Assembly (NCBI GenBank): GCA_963796105.1
Contig: CAWCKJ010000003.1
Coordinates: 854,341-918,340 of the forward strand
DNA length: 64,000 nucleotides
Direction of reading: 5' to 3'
DNA from: a candidate division FCPU426 bacterium
GTDB lineage: Bacteria; Oederibacteriota; Muellerivitia; Muellerivitales; Muellerivitaceae
Below, piece after piece: positions 1 to 9,136 of this stretch. A model generated the notes under the pieces. It had not been told where the DNA came from. It saw only the letters and a list, made by a program, of their open reading frames with translations, and did no database searches. Position 1 is the stretch's first letter. Every line of letters starts with the position of its first letter. Both the position numbers and the translations under genes were made by a program.

Positions 1-276
1 TGGGGTATCTGTCAGCGTAGCGGTGAAGGTATGAGACGGAGTGAATGAGTTTGTGGCGGAGAAAGTGAAAATGGGGGTAAAAGTGGCTGAAGGTGTTGGG
101 GTGAGGATCGCAGTTGGCGTATTGACCAATGTTGGGGTGTAAGTTCCGGAATAGGTAAAAGTGGGTGTAATGTGGCAACTGGTAGGAGGCGGTGTCGGGC
201 CGCTCACAAAGGTAGATCGGGTGCAGGCGCCTACCATAAAACCAAAACCCAAGGCCAAATAGATGATCTTTTTCAT
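1..276 (-). CDS. Thr/Pro-rich lipoprotein, 5' part (runs off the window start)
   Basis: Not in ORF track; manual translation MKKIIYLALGFGFMVGAC-TRSTFVSGPTPPPTSCHITPTFTYSGTYTPT...; AGGAGG RBS upstream, lipobox VGAC, alternating Thr repeats. Confidence 0.8.
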   Translation of the reverse strand, partial: MKKIIYLALGFGFMVGACTRSTFVSGPTPPPTSCHITPTFTYSGTYTPTLVNTPTAILTPTPSATFTPIFTFSATNSFTPSHTFTATLTDTP

Positions 277-600
277 ATATTTCCTCCTGGAAAACCCAAT
301 GTAAACAAGTCGCGTTGGGTGTCATATTTGAAGGTGCTCATACCCTATAGAGTCCCCATCCCTGAAAATAATCCAAAAAAAATGAAATTTTTCAGAATCA
401 GGCTTAATTGAAGGGGTATTCAGAATGAAGAAGCTCGGCCTAGCTGGAAGGTCTTATTTATCGAGGGAAAAACGGGGGAAGGACCGGCTTACGGTTAATG
501 TTTCGATATGCTGGAAATGGCCGAAGATGACAACGCCTTCACCGTAAGATTTTCAGACTTTGAAACCCCGCCACAATTCAAAATTTTGAATTTTCTGGAG

Positions 601-1377
601 CTATGGGTTCCTCGCGCATCGGCACCCGAAGGCTGGGTTCCTCACGTCCGCCGTGCTCCAATTGCGGTTCGCGGCCCTCAGCATTCCCGAACCGTTGCCC
701 CAGGAGCCGCCCCTGAGGACCTTGTATTTGCCTTGGTCCGGACCCTTGGGATTTTTCTTGGGGCTCTTGAAGTAATATTCCTCGCCGTACCAATCCGCGC
801 ACCATTCCCAGAGATTTCCCAGCATGTCGTAAAGCCCGTAAGGGTTCCAGGTCTTCAAGGCCACAGGGTGGGCCTGGTTGCCGGAATCGTCCGAATCCCA
901 GGCGTATTGTTCCAAGCCGGCCGGACTGTCGCCCCAGAAGTAAACCGTTTTCGTTCCACCCCGCGAAGCCCTTTCCCATTCCGCCTCGGTGGGAAGCCTC
1001 TTTCCATCCCATGAGCAAAAGGCGCTCGCGTCGTTCCAATTGATATGATGAACCGGCATGTTGTCCCGTCCCCAGCCGTCATCAGCCGGCATTTCCCACC
1101 CTGTCTCTTTGCAGAACTTGTCGAATTGGGCGTAGGTCACCAGCGTTTGGTCGATATAAAAGGCGTCCACCCAGACCTTGTGCCTGGGCTTTTCCCCGAT
1201 TCCGCCTTCCCCCTTGGACGATCCCATATAGAAATATCCGGCAGGGATCAAGATCATCTTGATCCCGTCCTTGTTCATGATTCCCTTCATCACTAGGTCT
1301 TTGGCTGACGCGTTCTCCACTGCACATAAAAATATTAAGGCGACTAGAATGAAAAAAAGTGTGTTTTTGAGCTTCAT
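601..1377 (-). CDS. Secreted formylglycine-generating-enzyme (FGE-sulfatase/SUMF1) domain protein
   Basis: Signal peptide MKLKNTLFF...ASA; motifs F(Y)MGS, RLPTEAEWERA, NPYGLYDMLGNLWEWC, VLRGGSW, FGCRC. Confidence 0.85.
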   Translation of the reverse strand: MKLKNTLFFILVALIFLCAVENASAKDLVMKGIMNKDGIKMILIPAGYFYMGSSKGEGGIGEKPRHKVWVDAFYIDQTLVTYAQFDKFCKETGWEMPADDGWGRDNMPVHHINWNDASAFCSWDGKRLPTEAEWERASRGGTKTVYFWGDSPAGLEQYAWDSDDSGNQAHPVALKTWNPYGLYDMLGNLWEWCADWYGEEYYFKSPKKNPKGPDQGKYKVLRGGSWGNGSGMLRAANRNWSTADVRNPAFGCRCARNP

Positions 1378-1707
1378 GCCTGCTCCTGTAGTAGGGATCC
1401 TCAAGAGAATATGCAATTGTCTAATGGGATTTTACCAGTTTCTAACAGACTTTTATTAATTGTGTTTTCAGTCTCTTATGTCCCGGACGGTAAAAACAAA
1501 TACTAAGACCCCTACCCTAGCGAGGTTTAGTCCCTTTCTCCGGACGAGACACATGATTAAAAAATCAAAAGGGTGGTTCTATTAAAGTTATCTTCGTCAA
1601 ACAAACCTCCTTCCAAAAGCCAACAAAAACGGCCTTTTAAGCCCCTAAATTTTTGAAATAACCCGGTTTTTTGCCGTCTATAGCATGAGTAATAATAATG
1701 CTACAGG

Positions 1708-2052
1708 TTGCCATGTTTTTCGAAACCCGCTTTCCTGGTCATGGACGCCGAGAAATCGGAATTTAAGGATGGGGCTTTCGACATCGTGGCCGCCAGCATG
1801 GTCACCCATCACATGCCCCATTGGGAAAAGGCTTTTCAGGAAATGGTCCGTGTTTTGCGTCCCGGTGGATATTTGATCTATACCGACTTGATGCTCCCCT
1901 CCTGGCTCGCGGTCCTTAGGCGTTTACTTCCTTTTGTCGGGATACCCACGAAAAACCGGGTGGAATTTCTAGCCACCCAGGCCGGATTGACGAGCGTTTA
2001 TCAGGCAAATAGGGGCCTTCAATCCGACTTCATCTGGGTAAGAAACAGGTAA
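1708..2052 (+). pseudogene. 5'-truncated class I SAM-dependent methyltransferase
   Basis: MDAEKSEFKDGAFDIV...HHM...EMVRVLRPGG are post-motif-I methyltransferase motifs; the N-terminal DxGxGxG motif is absent. Confidence 0.65.
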
Positions 2053-2172
2053 AAATATTGTTTATTATTCCGGCATAAAATTCTCAAAACCGGGACCCGG
2101 ATTTACGAGGAATCATTTAACGAAAGATTCTGCTAAAATACAAACCATCTCTTTTCCCTCAGGGAGAACCGC

Positions 2173-2302
2173 GTGAAAAAGCTGAACCAAAGCGGACAAG
2201 GTTAAAACCAATACGGATTTAATTGAATATATCCTGGTGGCGCTCCTGGTCGTCGTCGGGGTGGTCACCTATTTCATTATTTTTCACCACAAGCCTTATT
2301 AA
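2173..2302 (+). pseudogene. Disrupted Flp-type pilin gene
   Basis: GTG-KKLNQSGQG, then 16 extra nt containing a stop, then LIEYILVALLVVVGVVTYFIIFHHKPY*; matches the intact Flp at 9681 (MKKLNQKGQGMTEYILI). Confidence 0.6.
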
Positions 2303-2312
2303 GGGGGGCGCC

Positions 2313-2420
2313 ATGAAAAACATCAATTGGGAGAAGGTCACGGCTTATTTCTCGCTGGTTTTTATCACGGCAGTCGCGATATTTTGCATTTACAAAGTGC
2401 TCTCAAACTCGACCTTTTAA
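2313..2420 (+). CDS. 35-aa single-TM microprotein (MKNINWEKV...)
   Basis: G-rich RBS, hydrophobic core; paralog immediately downstream. Confidence 0.55.
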   Translation: MKNINWEKVTAYFSLVFITAVAIFCIYKVLSNSTF

Positions 2421-2444
2421 TCGGGGTTTCCAACGGAGGACAAA

Positions 2445-2552
2445 ATGAAAAAAATCAATTGGGAAAAAGTGGGCGTCATCATCCAGATTGTTTTAATCCT
2501 TTATGTCGTGGCCTTCGCCATCTATACCTTGATGCATCAAAAGGCTTATTAG
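2445..2552 (+). CDS. 35-aa single-TM microprotein (MKKINWEKVGVIIQIVLILYVVAFAIYTLMHQKAY)
   Basis: GGAGGA RBS; shares MKxINWEKV and length with the upstream ORF. Confidence 0.55.
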   Translation: MKKINWEKVGVIIQIVLILYVVAFAIYTLMHQKAY

Positions 2553-2719
2553 GACTTCTAAAAAAAATATTAATTTCACCACGGGTTCTTTCAGAACCAC
2601 AAAGTTAATTTGGAAAAACATCAATATTTAAAGGCTTAAACTTATCGGCAACAACTTCTGTGCGGAGCATCACAGTTTTAAAACAATAATTTAATTAATC
2701 CAGACTTGTATATGGTTAG

Positions 2720-2792
2720 AAATTGTTTGAGTTTTAAATTGTGGTTTGATTTTCGCGACATGAAAATCCACAGCAATTTAGGATTTAAAATT
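2720..2792. repeat. Dispersed ~73-bp palindromic repeat, copy 1
   Basis: Core GATTTTCG-cgaca-TGAAAATC (2748-2768); similar to 4701-4773 and 8057-8130. Confidence 0.7.
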
Positions 2793-2996
2793 GCATATCC
2801 AGCTTCTTTTCAATTCCCTCTCGATCATTTCCATTTTCCAGGTAATCTCTTTGGCAAAATACGTCGGTATTTGTTTTGAAGATTTGGTTATGTATGCCCG
2901 ATTTTTCCATCGTCGACTAAAAAACCCCACTTATTATGGAAGGAAGGATACAATCAAAAATATATATTGATGATTAAACCGGAAAAGAAGGTAATC

Positions 2997-4532
2997 ATGC
3001 GAAGAATTATTTTATCCAGTGGATGCAGGTTGTTTCTTTTGGCGCTTCTGGGTTTCATCCCAATCGCCTGCGCGAATAATAACAACCCAACCCAGCCGGG
3101 AAGATCGACTCCCGTCGCGACTTCAACTCCCACCCTTACGCCCCAGTACAGCGCCACCTCGACCCCAAGCCCAACGCCAACGGCCACTCTATCTCCTACC
3201 ATCACCGTAACTTCCACACTGAGTCCCACGGTCACCCCTACCGGCACTCCGACGATAACTTTTTCCCCGACTTTTTCCACTACCGATACCCCGACTTTGT
3301 CCCCCACTCCCCTAACACCTACCTATTCATATACCGCCACCCCTTCTTCAACCTTTACCGATTCACCCACGCCGAGTCCCACGGACACCGCCACAGAAAC
3401 ATCTACGGAAACTCCCACCCCCACCGCTACTTCTACCCCTACGCCTTCTCCGACCTTCACCGATTCCCCCACGCCTAGCCCCACGGACACTCCCACTGAG
3501 ACATTAACCTTTACCCCCACCGCTACCGCGACCGATACACCCACTTTTTCACCAACTATCACGAATACATCCACAGAGACCCCCACTGAGACATCAACCT
3601 ATACCCCTACGCTTACCCCAACAATCACTCCCACCCCATTGACCGCAAACTGGACCATCGGAACCGGATCATTGCCCTTTTCCGTTATTTCAGCCACAGC
3701 CCTGGTGTACAACGGCAAAATGTGGGTCATGGGAGGAACCCAGGGTTCAGCCACCAACAACGTCTACTATTCCACTGATGGCGCCACGTGGTTCCAAGCG
3801 GCCGCCACGGCGCCTTTCACGGCGCGTACCGAACTCGCTTCCGTCGTGTTCGGCGGCAAGATGTGGGTCATCGGCGGATATTCCGCCGGAACTTGTTTTA
3901 ATGACGCGTGGTATTCCACCGACGGTTCCACCTGGACCCAGGCGCCGGCCACGGCCCCTTATCCGGCCCGTTCCGGCCATACCGCCCTGGCGTATGGCGG
4001 ATTGATGTGGGTCATCGGGGGAAACAATTGCGGCAACGCGGTCAATGACGTGTGGTACTCCTCCGACGGGGCCACCTGGACCCGCGCGCCCGCCACCGCG
4101 CCCTTCCCGGCCCGTATGTACCATACCTCACTGGTATATAACAGCATGATGTGGGTTATCGGGGGCGTACCGGGGTACACTTCGGGATTAAATGACGTTT
4201 GGTATTCCACCGACGGCGCTACTTGGACCCAGGCTCCCGCCACTGCGCCTTTTCCCGCGCGTTACGGCCATACTTCAGTTCTATACGACAACAAGATGTG
4301 GGTTTTCGGCGGGAATGGATCAATGGGTTCCATAAGCGATTATAACGACTCATGGTATTCCACCGACGGCGCTACTTGGACAAAGACTCTCACCACTAAT
4401 ACTTATCCCGCGAGGTTTTTACATACCTCCGTGGTGTATAACAATTCGACCGGTTCAGGGCTTGACGGCGAGATGTGGATTATCAGCGGGAGGCAGAGCG
4501 GGTATCAATACGATACCTGGTACGCGCCCTGA
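2997..4532 (+). CDS. Lipoprotein with Thr/Pro stalk and C-terminal Kelch beta-propeller
   Basis: Lipobox PIAC; ~190 aa Thr/Pro region; six repeats of type MWVIGG...NDxWYSTDGATW. Confidence 0.85.
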   Translation: MRRIILSSGCRLFLLALLGFIPIACANNNNPTQPGRSTPVATSTPTLTPQYSATSTPSPTPTATLSPTITVTSTLSPTVTPTGTPTITFSPTFSTTDTPTLSPTPLTPTYSYTATPSSTFTDSPTPSPTDTATETSTETPTPTATSTPTPSPTFTDSPTPSPTDTPTETLTFTPTATATDTPTFSPTITNTSTETPTETSTYTPTLTPTITPTPLTANWTIGTGSLPFSVISATALVYNGKMWVMGGTQGSATNNVYYSTDGATWFQAAATAPFTARTELASVVFGGKMWVIGGYSAGTCFNDAWYSTDGSTWTQAPATAPYPARSGHTALAYGGLMWVIGGNNCGNAVNDVWYSSDGATWTRAPATAPFPARMYHTSLVYNSMMWVIGGVPGYTSGLNDVWYSTDGATWTQAPATAPFPARYGHTSVLYDNKMWVFGGNGSMGSISDYNDSWYSTDGATWTKTLTTNTYPARFLHTSVVYNNSTGSGLDGEMWIISGRQSGYQYDTWYAP

Positions 4533-4700
4533 GTGTTGGTTCAGCGAAAGCCTGATTGAGGTTCAGCATGTGGTGGAATTGGAATTTTTTCCCCATCCCA
4601 TGAATCCCCTGCATGCCAGCCATCCATGAAGCTTATAGGGAGGCTGGTATCGTACCGATTTCATTATCTGGTTTATGGAAAATCGGAAAATCCCAGCGAA

Positions 4701-4773
4701 AAATTGTTTAAGTCTTAAATTCAGGTTTGATTTTCGCGACACGAAAATCCTCATCCATTTAACATTTAAAAAT
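4701..4773. repeat. Dispersed palindromic repeat, copy 2
   Basis: Core GATTTTCG-cgaca-CGAAAATC (4729-4749). Confidence 0.7.
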
Positions 4774-4895
4774 TAGAACTCTAGCTATGTTTTTCTTTTG
4801 CCGAGGATAGGTTTAATCTGTAATTTTTCATTCTTCATTGTTCATTTCCGTTTTGTCAGTTTTCTCCCACATCCTGAAAACCATAAATATCTCTT

Positions 4896-5881
4896 TATGC
4901 TTATGCACAAAGTGACCGTGCTGTAATGGGTTTTGCTAAGGCACATGCGGTCAAAGCACGGTGAAATAAGGAATCGGGATCATGACGACGGTTGAACCGA
5001 TAGGCATATTCACTTAGATACCGGCCTAAATACTTAGCATCAACGCCATGATGAGTTCCAATGATCCAGGCCTTGGCGTTGGAAATGAACCGGTGTACCC
5101 AGGGCAACCAACTTTCCAACTCTTTCGGGTCATTGGCCATCACCCGGTAGTCTGCCTCCACTCCTTTGAGTTCACGCAAGGCTGGCGAAGCATCTGTGTT
5201 GAGGAAAGAGCCTTTTTCCATAGTCTGATTCACGAATTCCTGGCTCTCCCACTTGGTTTCCATAGCTACCTTCACCTTGGCAAAACCCGCTTTTTCCTTC
5301 TTGCAACCATTCTCATCCACCCATTCCTTGCTTTCCACCGCCACCAAGACTTCCACTTGGTTTTCCTTGGCCTTTTTCCCAAAAACCGCCCCATCCAACT
5401 CAATGACGCCCTTTAGAGTATAGCTTTCGTCCTTTTGCCTAAGACCTTCCCGGATCTTATGCAATAGAAGCCATGCCGAATGATCCGAAAGATTTAAATG
5501 CCGCTTCAGTTCCAGGGCCGAAATACCCCGTTTGCCCTGCATCATCAAACTGATGGCCCTGACCCAGGTTAAAAGAGGCAGCTTGGAGCTTTCAAAAATC
5601 GTCCCGGCGCGAAGCCGAAGACGTTTCCGGCAATAGTCACATTCCCTCACTTCAGGCTTGGCCTGGTGTTGCCAGAAGCTTTCGCCCTCACATTGGGGAC
5701 AAACAAAGTCTTTCCCGCCGAAACGGCATCTCCACACCCATTGGCGGGCTTCTTCTTCCGTGTGGATTTTCCTCAGAATTTTAATGCTTTTCATCCGCTG
5801 GTAGCTCATGTACCACCTCCCGTAGCGGACAGTATACCTATGTATTCCTTTATTTCAAGGGTCACTTAATACAGAAGCATG
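4896..5881 (-). mobile_element. IS1595-family insertion sequence, copy 1 (986 bp)
   Basis: Imperfect ~23-bp terminal IRs (CATGCTTCTGTATTAAGTGACCC / TATGCTTATGCACAAAGTGACCG); 8-bp TATCTCTT on both sides. Confidence 0.9.
4901..5809 (-). CDS. IS1595-family DDE transposase
   Basis: N-terminal Zn ribbon (CPQC...CDYC), GTIFESSKLPL, IELD, NTD, YLSEYAYRFNRR. Confidence 0.92.
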   Translation of the reverse strand: MSYQRMKSIKILRKIHTEEEARQWVWRCRFGGKDFVCPQCEGESFWQHQAKPEVRECDYCRKRLRLRAGTIFESSKLPLLTWVRAISLMMQGKRGISALELKRHLNLSDHSAWLLLHKIREGLRQKDESYTLKGVIELDGAVFGKKAKENQVEVLVAVESKEWVDENGCKKEKAGFAKVKVAMETKWESQEFVNQTMEKGSFLNTDASPALRELKGVEADYRVMANDPKELESWLPWVHRFISNAKAWIIGTHHGVDAKYLGRYLSEYAYRFNRRHDPDSLFHRALTACALAKPITARSLCA

Positions 5882-5889
5882 TATCTCTT

Positions 5890-6875
5890 TATGCTTATGC
5901 ACAAAGTGACCGTGCTGTAATGGGTTTTGCTAAGGCACATGCGGTCAAAGCACGGTGAAATAAGGAATCGGGATCATGACGACGGTTGAACCGATAGGCA
6001 TATTCACTTAGATACCGGCCTAAATACTTAGCATCAACGCCATGATGAGTTCCAATGATCCAGGCCTTGGCGTTGGAAATGAACCGGTGTACCCAGGGCA
6101 ACCAACTTTCCAACTCTTTCGGGTCATTGGCCATCACCCGGTAGTCTGCCTCCACTCCTTTGAGTTCACGCAAGGCTGGCGAAGCATCTGTGTTGAGGAA
6201 AGAGCCTTTTTCCATAGTCTGATTCACGAATTCCTGGCTCTCCCACTTGGTTTCCATAGCTACCTTCACCTTGGCAAAACCCGCTTTTTCCTTCTTGCAA
6301 CCATTCTCATCCACCCATTCCTTGCTTTCCACCGCCACCAAGACTTCCACTTGGTTTTCCTTGGCCTTTTTCCCAAAAACCGCCCCATCCAACTCAATGA
6401 CGCCCTTTAGAGTATAGCTTTCGTCCTTTTGCCTAAGACCTTCCCGGATCTTATGCAATAGAAGCCATGCCGAATGATCCGAAAGATTTAAATGCCGCTT
6501 CAGTTCCAGGGCCGAAATACCCCGTTTGCCCTGCATCATCAAACTGATGGCCCTGACCCAGGTTAAAAGAGGCAGCTTGGAGCTTTCAAAAATCGTCCCG
6601 GCGCGAAGCCGAAGACGTTTCCGGCAATAGTCACATTCCCTCACTTCAGGCTTGGCCTGGTGTTGCCAGAAGCTTTCGCCCTCACATTGGGGACAAACAA
6701 AGTCTTTCCCGCCGAAACGGCATCTCCACACCCATTGGCGGGCTTCTTCTTCCGTGTGGATTTTCCTCAGAATTTTAATGCTTTTCATCCGCTGGTAGCT
6801 CATGTACCACCTCCCGTAGCGGACAGTATACCTATGTATTCCTTTATTTCAAGGGTCACTTAATACAGAAGCATG
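5890..6875 (-). mobile_element. IS1595-family insertion sequence, copy 2 (tandem with copy 1)
   Basis: Same termini and transposase as copy 1; preceded and followed by TATCTCTT. Confidence 0.9.
5895..6803 (-). CDS. IS1595-family DDE transposase
   Basis: Protein identical to 4901..5809. Confidence 0.92.
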   Translation of the reverse strand: MSYQRMKSIKILRKIHTEEEARQWVWRCRFGGKDFVCPQCEGESFWQHQAKPEVRECDYCRKRLRLRAGTIFESSKLPLLTWVRAISLMMQGKRGISALELKRHLNLSDHSAWLLLHKIREGLRQKDESYTLKGVIELDGAVFGKKAKENQVEVLVAVESKEWVDENGCKKEKAGFAKVKVAMETKWESQEFVNQTMEKGSFLNTDASPALRELKGVEADYRVMANDPKELESWLPWVHRFISNAKAWIIGTHHGVDAKYLGRYLSEYAYRFNRRHDPDSLFHRALTACALAKPITARSLCA

Positions 6876-6994
6876 TATCTCTTTAATTGATCGTTTTACA
6901 GCCTAGGAGTATGATCATTAAATCGCTGTAAATACGCGGGGAAACACCCATAACTTTCCAGATTATTAAACGTCTAAATATAAGGAGGTATCTC

Positions 6995-7981
6995 ATGAAA
7001 TATATGTCCATTCGGTTTTATGTCTTAATCCTCGGGGCCACGGTCCTCCTGGACGCAGGGTGCAGTTCCAAAAATAGCCCAACTTCCACACCCAATAACT
7101 TCTCCGCCCCATCCCTATATTCCCAAAAACCAGAAACGGCGATTACACAAACACCAGAGGATAATCCATCTGGTATCAGCTATTATGACGGCCATCTTTG
7201 GGTTGCCTTTGATCGGGGGGGGGCAACGCCCTATTTAGGCGAATACAACACAAGTGGCCAATCCATTACTGTAATTGACACATTTAATGGCAATAGCAAG
7301 TTCTTCGGTTCTACGGACGTAAAAACCGGGCCGGATGGAACGGTCTATGTTGCGGATTCGGATAATAACCGAATTGATGTTTTCTCTTCTTCCGGTGCTT
7401 ATCAAACTGCCATCACGGGTTTATCTTATGGCAGAAGTGTCGTCGTAAACTCGTCCGGAACCACCCTTTACGCGCTGGACGGAACTCCGGCAATTCAAGT
7501 CTACAAAATCGATAATTTCACAAAACCCAAGACTTTTACCTATGTCGGAATCCTCGGCACGATAAGTCCAGGGGTGAATGCCTCTTGCGAACCATTCTAT
7601 TTAGCTATAGATTCCAACGGTAATGTCTACGTAAGCATCATGAACGAGAACTATTCACCCAATATGTATTATTCGTCCATCCTTAAATACAGCCCGACTA
7701 TTGGTTCGACCCCGGTCTCTTTCAGTTCTTCTTGTACTAATCCGGAAGGTATCGTTGTTGATCACGAGGGTAATGTTTTCATGAGCTGCTACTCTCCCTC
7801 GAATTATGTTCAAGAATTCACCCCATTGGAAAATACCTATACCGCGGGAGTTACATTTGGAAATGGGATTTTAGATTATCCCATTGGACTTACTCTGGAC
7901 GAATCAGAAAACCTCTATGTGGCCGACAGTGGCCATAGTCGGATTTTGGAATACAAACGAGAGTCTTTAAGGGGCTTTTAG
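6995..7981 (+). CDS. NHL-repeat beta-propeller lipoprotein
   Basis: AAGGAGG RBS, lipobox DAGC, repeats GTVYVADSDNNRIDVF / NLYVADSGHSRILEY. Confidence 0.85.
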   Translation: MKYMSIRFYVLILGATVLLDAGCSSKNSPTSTPNNFSAPSLYSQKPETAITQTPEDNPSGISYYDGHLWVAFDRGGATPYLGEYNTSGQSITVIDTFNGNSKFFGSTDVKTGPDGTVYVADSDNNRIDVFSSSGAYQTAITGLSYGRSVVVNSSGTTLYALDGTPAIQVYKIDNFTKPKTFTYVGILGTISPGVNASCEPFYLAIDSNGNVYVSIMNENYSPNMYYSSILKYSPTIGSTPVSFSSSCTNPEGIVVDHEGNVFMSCYSPSNYVQEFTPLENTYTAGVTFGNGILDYPIGLTLDESENLYVADSGHSRILEYKRESLRGF

Positions 7982-8056
7982 GCCTCTACCCCAACTCATC
8001 ATTCATAATTACCATGAATGTCTTGCCTATCCTATGAATCCCCTGAATCCCAGCGA

Positions 8057-8130
8057 GAATTATTTGAGTTTTATATTGCTGCTTGATTTTCGAGAAACGA
8101 AAATCCTCAACAATTTAGAATTCATAATTT
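8057..8130. repeat. Dispersed palindromic repeat, copy 3 (runs into an AATTNNN heptamer array to 8146)
   Basis: Core GATTTTCG-agaaa-CGAAAATC (8085-8105); AATTTAG AATTCAT AATTTAA AATTCAA AATTGTC at 8112-8146. Confidence 0.7.
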
Positions 8131-8149
8131 AAAATTCAAAATTGTCTTT

Positions 8150-9136
8150 TCAAGGTGGTGGCGGCGGTATATCCGGCGTGGGCGTCGGCAAGGGTTCCGG
8201 AAGCGACATATCTTCCGATCCCGCTATGACCGGCACGACCTCATTGGATTCAGGATAGCCGGATTCGGTGGGATGCTTGACGACCTTGTGCCTGACCACC
8301 TTTTTGGGTTTTTGCTTAGGCTTGGGTTTCGGCTTCGGCTTGGCTTTTTTTACAGGCTTGTGCTTAACCCGGGGCTTTGGGACGGGGGTGGCCGTGGGCT
8401 CCGGCGTGGGGGTGTAAGTCGGTGGAACCTCCGTTGGGGTCATGACCGGGACTATCGTCGGGACCGGAGTCGGTGGGGGCGGGGGCGGGTTTTCACTCGG
8501 CAGGTATTCCGTGAAGTACCACCGCGCCCCGAACCATACGCCCAATCCGAGCAAAATGAGGAAAAACCAGAAGCCCTTGTTCCCCTTGGGCTTTTCGGCT
8601 TCGGGCCTCTTCCTCAAATCCGGGACGATCTTATAGACATCCACCTTGTGGGAAACGTTCTTGAGCTCCTTGGGGCCCATGTAAACGGTCTTGAATTCCT
8701 TCAGGCTCTTGATGTTGTGGTACACGTCCTCGGAGACGCAGATGGTTCCTGGGTCCGCGATGGCCTGGAGGCGGGCCGCGATATTGACCCCGTCCCCGAA
8801 AATGTCGTTGTCTGCGATGACCACGTCCCCGACGTGGATGCCGATTCGCACCTGGCGGGGCTCTTTGGCGGTGAAGTCATGCTCGTGGAGGCGCCTTTGG
8901 ATGGTGACCGCGCAGCGCACCGCGTTGACGGCGCTGGAAAAATCGGCCAAAAAGGCATCCCCCACCGTCTTGATGACCTTGCCCGCGTGCTTCTCCACCT
9001 CTAGATATATGAGGAGTTTGTGGAATTTCAGGTAGGAAAGGGTGGCGGTTTCGTCCAATTCCATCATCTTGCTGTAGCCCACGATATCCGTGAACATGAT
9101 GGCGGAAAGTTTGCGGTGTAGGTCCGGATCAGGCAT
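8150..9136 (-). CDS. Class III adenylate/guanylate cyclase with one TM helix and a Pro/Lys-rich tail
   Basis: AIMFTDIVGYS, KTVGDAFLA, RIGIHVGDV, DIFGDGVNIAARLQ; K and D specificity residues suggest ATP; alternative start 9151. Confidence 0.88.
   Translation of the reverse strand: MPDPDLHRKLSAIMFTDIVGYSKMMELDETATLSYLKFHKLLIYLEVEKHAGKVIKTVGDAFLADFSSAVNAVRCAVTIQRRLHEHDFTAKEPRQVRIGIHVGDVVIADNDIFGDGVNIAARLQAIADPGTICVSEDVYHNIKSLKEFKTVYMGPKELKNVSHKVDVYKIVPDLRKRPEAEKPKGNKGFWFFLILLGLGVWFGARWYFTEYLPSENPPPPPPTPVPTIVPVMTPTEVPPTYTPTPEPTATPVPKPRVKHKPVKKAKPKPKPKPKQKPKKVVRHKVVKHPTESGYPESNEVVPVIAGSEDMSLPEPLPTPTPDIPPPPP

Noticed and set aside
601..1377. FGE-type (C-type lectin fold) gene as a diversity-generating retroelement target
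   Set aside because: No reverse transcriptase and no adenine-variant template repeat of its 3' end seen in the window
5048..6863. Extra ORFs within the IS copies (122 aa, 67 aa)
   Set aside because: Antisense to the transposase; they recur only because the IS is repeated
2720..8130. Classical integron attC array or CRISPR array
   Set aside because: No RYYYAAC/GTTRRRY boxes or intI; repeats are kilobases apart, with no regular spacers or cas genes
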